Origin: Candidatus Heimdallarchaeota archaeon
GTDB lineage: Archaea > Asgardarchaeota > Heimdallarchaeia > Hodarchaeales > Hodarchaeaceae
Assembly (NCBI GenBank): GCA_011364965.1
Contig: RDOB01000007.1
Coordinates: 32,001 to 96,000, forward strand
Direction: 5' to 3'
Length of the DNA stretch: 64,000 nt
Shown here: one piece after another, positions 59,968 to 64,000 of the stretch
How positions within the stretch are numbered: the stretch's first letter is position 1
How the letters are laid out: every line of letters begins with the position of its first letter
Notes under the pieces: model-generated
Seen by the model: the letters and a program-made list of their open reading frames with translations, nothing else
What the model was told of the DNA's origin: nothing
The model's database searches: none
Made by a program: the position numbers and the translations under genes

Positions 59968-60876
59968 ATGGATCAAATCGGTGTGATGAGCAGAAATCGT
60001 GAGTATTTTCCTACAGCTCAACTTTTAACTGAACTAAGCAGGCGTAAAGATCTCTCTGGTATTTTTTTAGCTACACAGGTGATCTCTCCACTCATTACCA
60101 GTGATTTAGTTGATACTTTGTTTGCTGGACAATCATTACAAACTATTGCTGGAATTATTCCTCGAATAGGGCGGTCTCAGACTGATTTGGGAATGGTGTG
60201 TCTAAAACACTTTGAACTCATGGGACTTCCTACAACGCTTTCATCAAATGCGTTATTTCTAGCTCGCGATAAATTCCGCTGTTTTCAGTCACTAAAAAGC
60301 ATTCCAGGAATTCAATTACCCCGAACGTTACTAATCAATCATACATACGCATTTAAACGAGTCATTAATTCCTTCAAGTTTCCAATCGTTATCAAAATAC
60401 CCAATGCCACTAGAGGAGCAGGAACGATATTAGCTCACAATTCCCGTGTTGCTCAAGAGATCATTGATGCCCTATTCCTCAGGTTTGAATCTCCTGTAAT
60501 TGTTCAAGAGTTTATAAGATCAGGAAGAGGAGTTAATAAACAAGAGGCGATGGATGTCCGAGTTCTGATAATAGGAGATAATATACTTGGTGCGATGGCT
60601 CGTACTGCACAAAAAGGTGAATGGCGCACTAATTACGCATTAGGCGCGGTGTGTACACCATATACACTTAATGCTGAGGATGAAGAGTTGATTAGAAAGA
60701 TTATCGACACGATTGAAGTGGAAGTAGCAGGAATTGATATATTTCCGACAAATGAAGGATCTTATATATTAGAAGTAAATGCCTGTCCAGGGTGGAAAGC
60801 ATTTGAATTCGCGCATCCAAATATACAGGTAGCAAAGCATATTGTCGATTATCTTTTGAAAAAAATACGGTCTTAA
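59968..60876 (+). CDS. RimK-family ATP-grasp ligase
   Basis: ARDK, QEFI, DVRV, WRTN...G, EVNACPG. Confidence 0.92.
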   Translation: MDQIGVMSRNREYFPTAQLLTELSRRKDLSGIFLATQVISPLITSDLVDTLFAGQSLQTIAGIIPRIGRSQTDLGMVCLKHFELMGLPTTLSSNALFLARDKFRCFQSLKSIPGIQLPRTLLINHTYAFKRVINSFKFPIVIKIPNATRGAGTILAHNSRVAQEIIDALFLRFESPVIVQEFIRSGRGVNKQEAMDVRVLIIGDNILGAMARTAQKGEWRTNYALGAVCTPYTLNAEDEELIRKIIDTIEVEVAGIDIFPTNEGSYILEVNACPGWKAFEFAHPNIQVAKHIVDYLLKKIRS

Positions 60877-60989
60877 GCTGTTTAGATTTGAAAAAATAGC
60901 TAAATCTTTAAAAGCGCCAAGTTTCAATTCTTGATTAAAGTGCCAAAACCCCGCGTTCCTCCGTATTAACAAAATACTATGGGATTTAT

Positions 60990-61946
60990 ATGACCAACAA
61001 AGCGGATTATTCCTCGTTAAAGGCGTCTGAGGATATTAAAGAGCGATTGCAAGAAGAATTTCCTACATTGATTTCCCTTGCTGCCAGTCCCCCAGACGAA
61101 ATTGTACGTCGTTGCGAAATTAATAGAAGTACTGCAGAACGATTGGTAAACCAAGCCCGGAAATTACTAGGAAAAGCTGAACCAATCACCGCTGCTGAGC
61201 TTTTAGAACAGAGACTAGCTAAACCCCGAATCACGACCTCTTCCCAACAACTCGATGAAATACTCGGAGGAGGAGTTGCCGTTGGGGCAATAACTGAGTT
61301 TAGCGGAGCATTTTCTACTGGGAAAACTCAACTGGCGTTTCAATTATGTATCAACGTTCAGAGATCATTCGATGAAGGAGGACTTGAGGGAACGGCTCTA
61401 TTCATTGATACTGAAAATACCTTTTCACCAGCTCGAGTGGCTGAAATGAGTTATTCTTTCACATCAGAACCGAAAGAAATTTTGAAAAAAATATTTGTTA
61501 GCCGAGCATATAATGCTGATCATCAAGTACAGATTGTACAAAAATCAGATAAACTCATTCGGTCAAATGATGTGAAGTTAATAGTTGTGGATTCGATGGC
61601 TTCTCATTTCAGAGCAGAATTTCCCGGAAAAGATAACTTACCTCGAAGACAACAAATGCTCATGGCCCATGCTGAGGTATTGCAAAGATTGGCCGAAGCA
61701 TATGATCTCGCTGTAATGACAACCAACCAGATCTTAAGTAATCCAGATAGCTTATTGTCGAATAATATTGAACCAGCGCTAGGATTTGCATGGGGACATC
61801 GTCCAACTCACCGAATCTTGTTACGGAAATCACGAGGTACGACACGAATCGCGCGAATCTTTGATTCTCCTGAACTAGCAGAACGAGAAGCAGTTTTTCA
61901 TATTACAGCACAGGGGATTCGAGATGGCCCTCCCTTGGATTATTAA
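60990..61946 (+). CDS. RadA/Rad51-family recombinase (divergent paralog)
   Basis: N-terminal HhH region, LDEILGGG, GAFSTGKTQ, IDTENTF, IVVDS, TNQ. Confidence 0.88.
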   Translation: MTNKADYSSLKASEDIKERLQEEFPTLISLAASPPDEIVRRCEINRSTAERLVNQARKLLGKAEPITAAELLEQRLAKPRITTSSQQLDEILGGGVAVGAITEFSGAFSTGKTQLAFQLCINVQRSFDEGGLEGTALFIDTENTFSPARVAEMSYSFTSEPKEILKKIFVSRAYNADHQVQIVQKSDKLIRSNDVKLIVVDSMASHFRAEFPGKDNLPRRQQMLMAHAEVLQRLAEAYDLAVMTTNQILSNPDSLLSNNIEPALGFAWGHRPTHRILLRKSRGTTRIARIFDSPELAEREAVFHITAQGIRDGPPLDY

Positions 61947-62083
61947 AAATCCCTCTATCAAGTAAAAATTAGTTTTCATGATCATTTTTTCCAAATAAAT
62001 TGGAATTGTTCCGAAGAAGCAAAGGGAGAGATTGTGCGTGTAAAGGTAGTCAATAAATCACATTGTCGAAAAGGGTCATATGA

Positions 62084-62860
62084 ATGACAATGATGCAATC
62101 AGACAATGGTGGTATGTTTACATACATTCATAAGAAAGCAGATGTGACAATAACAGAACCTGCAGTGATTATACAAGGCCTTCCTGGAATGGGCCTCATT
62201 GGGAAGATTGCAGTCAATTTTCTAATCAAAGAATTTAAAGCTATAGAAGTAGCGCGTGTATATAGCTCTTTCTTTCCTCCCGTAGTTCAAATAGATAGTA
62301 AAACAGGAGTAGGACGTTTATCTAGAATGGAAATCTATATCATCACCGCAACCTCTCCTAATATTATTTTACTTACAGGAGATGCCCAACCACACGATAT
62401 TGGAATAATTCAAGTCTTAAATAATGTCCTAGATTTCCTCATGCAATACAAAGCAGATACTTTGATTTGTTTAGGGGGACTACGAGCACACGATGATGGA
62501 CCAGAAATAGCTGGATTTGGATATAATGAAGAAACTACAAACTGGCTTCAAGAACACGAAATTGAACTGCTAAAAGGTGGGGAAGTAACTGGAGCAGTGG
62601 GAGTTCTTTCCGCATTAGGTGCAGAACGAAATATGCGAAGCTTTGGATTATTAGGTAAGTTAACTTTGGCAGGAGCAGATCCCATCGCAAGTAAAAACAT
62701 CTTAAAGAAACTTGGGGAATTATACAATCTCAATTTTGACTTAAAAGATTTGGAAAGCAGTATTAAAGAAGCTCAAGAGAAAAATGAGCGACTAGCAAGT
62801 TTAGCACAAGACTTCCTAGAACCTGAAGATTCTGGTGAGGATCCAGGGTACTATATCTAA
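62084..62860 (+). CDS. PAC2-family proteasome assembly chaperone
   Basis: GLPGMGLIGKIA, FPP, GDAQP, LGG, G..G, DP.AS. Confidence 0.9.
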   Translation: MTMMQSDNGGMFTYIHKKADVTITEPAVIIQGLPGMGLIGKIAVNFLIKEFKAIEVARVYSSFFPPVVQIDSKTGVGRLSRMEIYIITATSPNIILLTGDAQPHDIGIIQVLNNVLDFLMQYKADTLICLGGLRAHDDGPEIAGFGYNEETTNWLQEHEIELLKGGEVTGAVGVLSALGAERNMRSFGLLGKLTLAGADPIASKNILKKLGELYNLNFDLKDLESSIKEAQEKNERLASLAQDFLEPEDSGEDPGYYI

Positions 62861-63074
62861 TCTGAAACATCCAATACATGTTCTGATCATTTTTTTAAAT
62901 TGAAATTGACTTCTGAGAACAGAGGAGAGATATTTCCAACCAATAAATATCTAATTTCTAGTTAAAAAATCTCTCACTATCAAATAATGGGTAAAAATTT
63001 AAAAAAATTCTAAAAAATTATAAGGGGATGTAGGTAAGTCACATGAGATCCAGATTCGCTAGTGTTAGCCCTAG

Positions 63075-64000
63075 GTGGTTAAGATCCCTCATAAATATAT
63101 TATTATAACAGGAGGAGTAATGTCAGGATTAGGAAAAGGATTATTAGCTGCCTCTCTCACAAAATTGCTTTCTTCATCCAGTTTTTTGATTCTTCCAATC
63201 AAATTTGATGGTTACTTGAACATTGATGCTGGAACTATAAATCCATACAAACATGGGGAGGTATTTGTACTTGATGATGGAACCGAAACAGATATGGATT
63301 TAGGGGAGTACGAACGCTTTTTAGATCAATCATTGGACTCCTGGTCTTCTCTGACTGGAGGAAAAATTTTTCAACGGGTTATTGAAAAAGAGAGGAAAGG
63401 AGATTATTTAGGACAAGATATCCAGTTTATCCCTCACGTTACAAATGAGATTATTAATTGGATACGTGAGAAAGATAATAATTGCGATATAACTCTAGTC
63501 GAAATCGGCGGGACAGTTGGAGATATTGAAAATGCCTATTTTATAGAAGCTATGCGTCAGCTTCATCTTAAAGTAAATCGATCCGATCTTTGTTGGATCC
63601 ATGTTACTCTGGTACCTGTATTAAATGTAGTAGGAGAACAGAAAACAAAACCCACACAAGCAAGCGTAAAAACACTGCAGGGGATGGGAATTCAGCCACA
63701 TATCTTGTTATGTCGATCAGAAAAACCATTGAAACCAGAAGTACGCGAAAAAATTGGAATGTTTTGCAATATTTCAGTCGATAATGTAATTTCTGGTCAT
63801 GATGTCAGAAATAAATACGAATTTCCATTGTTATTAATAAAAGAACATCTACTACCTCCATTATTTTCACAATTGGGCTTAAAACCAAGATTTGACCAGA
63901 AACTAGCATTATGGAAAAAACTAGTCCATAACATTGAAAATCCTTCAACTTTAGTCAGAATCGGAATCGGAGGAAAATATACTCGATTAAGCGACGCTTA
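63075..64000 (+). CDS. pyrG: CTP synthase (partial, runs off window edge)
   Basis: Not in ORF track. Manual translation gives [62 protein letters not shown]. Confidence 0.96.
   Translation, partial: MVKIPHKYIIITGGVMSGLGKGLLAASLTKLLSSSSFLILPIKFDGYLNIDAGTINPYKHGEVFVLDDGTETDMDLGEYERFLDQSLDSWSSLTGGKIFQRVIEKERKGDYLGQDIQFIPHVTNEIINWIREKDNNCDITLVEIGGTVGDIENAYFIEAMRQLHLKVNRSDLCWIHVTLVPVLNVVGEQKTKPTQASVKTLQGMGIQPHILLCRSEKPLKPEVREKIGMFCNISVDNVISGHDVRNKYEFPLLLIKEHLLPPLFSQLGLKPRFDQKLALWKKLVHNIENPSTLVRIGIGGKYTRLSDA

Noticed and set aside
1-64000. CRISPR arrays, transposases, integrases, rRNA genes
   Set aside because: None seen: no regularly spaced repeats, no DDE or tyrosine-recombinase motifs, no rRNA-length conserved sequence.

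Overview
This is AT-rich archaeal DNA from an Asgard archaeon, probably Heimdallarchaeia/Hodarchaeales-like; that placement is inferred from the Mak16/eL28 gene and the ubiquitin-ESCRT gene set. (1) 1-22 kb is an information-processing region: eS19, Elf1, RPA, Trm1, RlmE, SRP19, aIF5B-eS6-aIF2gamma-PIN, a Mak16/eL28-like gene, AMMECR1, an EMC6-like gene, GPN GTPase, Sec11, eL42 and eS30. It also holds three tRNAs: Pro-TGG with two non-canonical introns, Thr-TGT, and initiator Met with an intron. A box C/D guide RNA here is predicted to target the LSU rRNA positions equivalent to yeast Am2256 and Gm2288. (2) 22-40 kb has metabolic and accessory genes: deoC-AOR, a HipA/PI-kinase-like gene, metG with a long structured leader, an orphan Dam-like MTase, arsM-like/TrmB, a PucC-like MFS and ilvA. 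It also has a ~1 kb non-coding stretch with nested stems and C/D (K-turn) motifs. (3) 41-59 kb is a ubiquitin-ESCRT-small GTPase supercluster: E2, RING E3, Arf-like GTPase, KaiC-like ATPase, ubiquitin, E1, Yip1, PAP2, a longin-Rab fusion, Vps23, Vps28, an uncharacterised FYVE-like/PH-like/steadiness-box protein, Vps22/36, two ESCRT-III, Vps4 and Vps25. (4) 59-64 kb has uS2, Rpo10, RimK, a RadA paralog, PAC2 and a partial pyrG. All calls come from motif recognition by eye; no searches were run.
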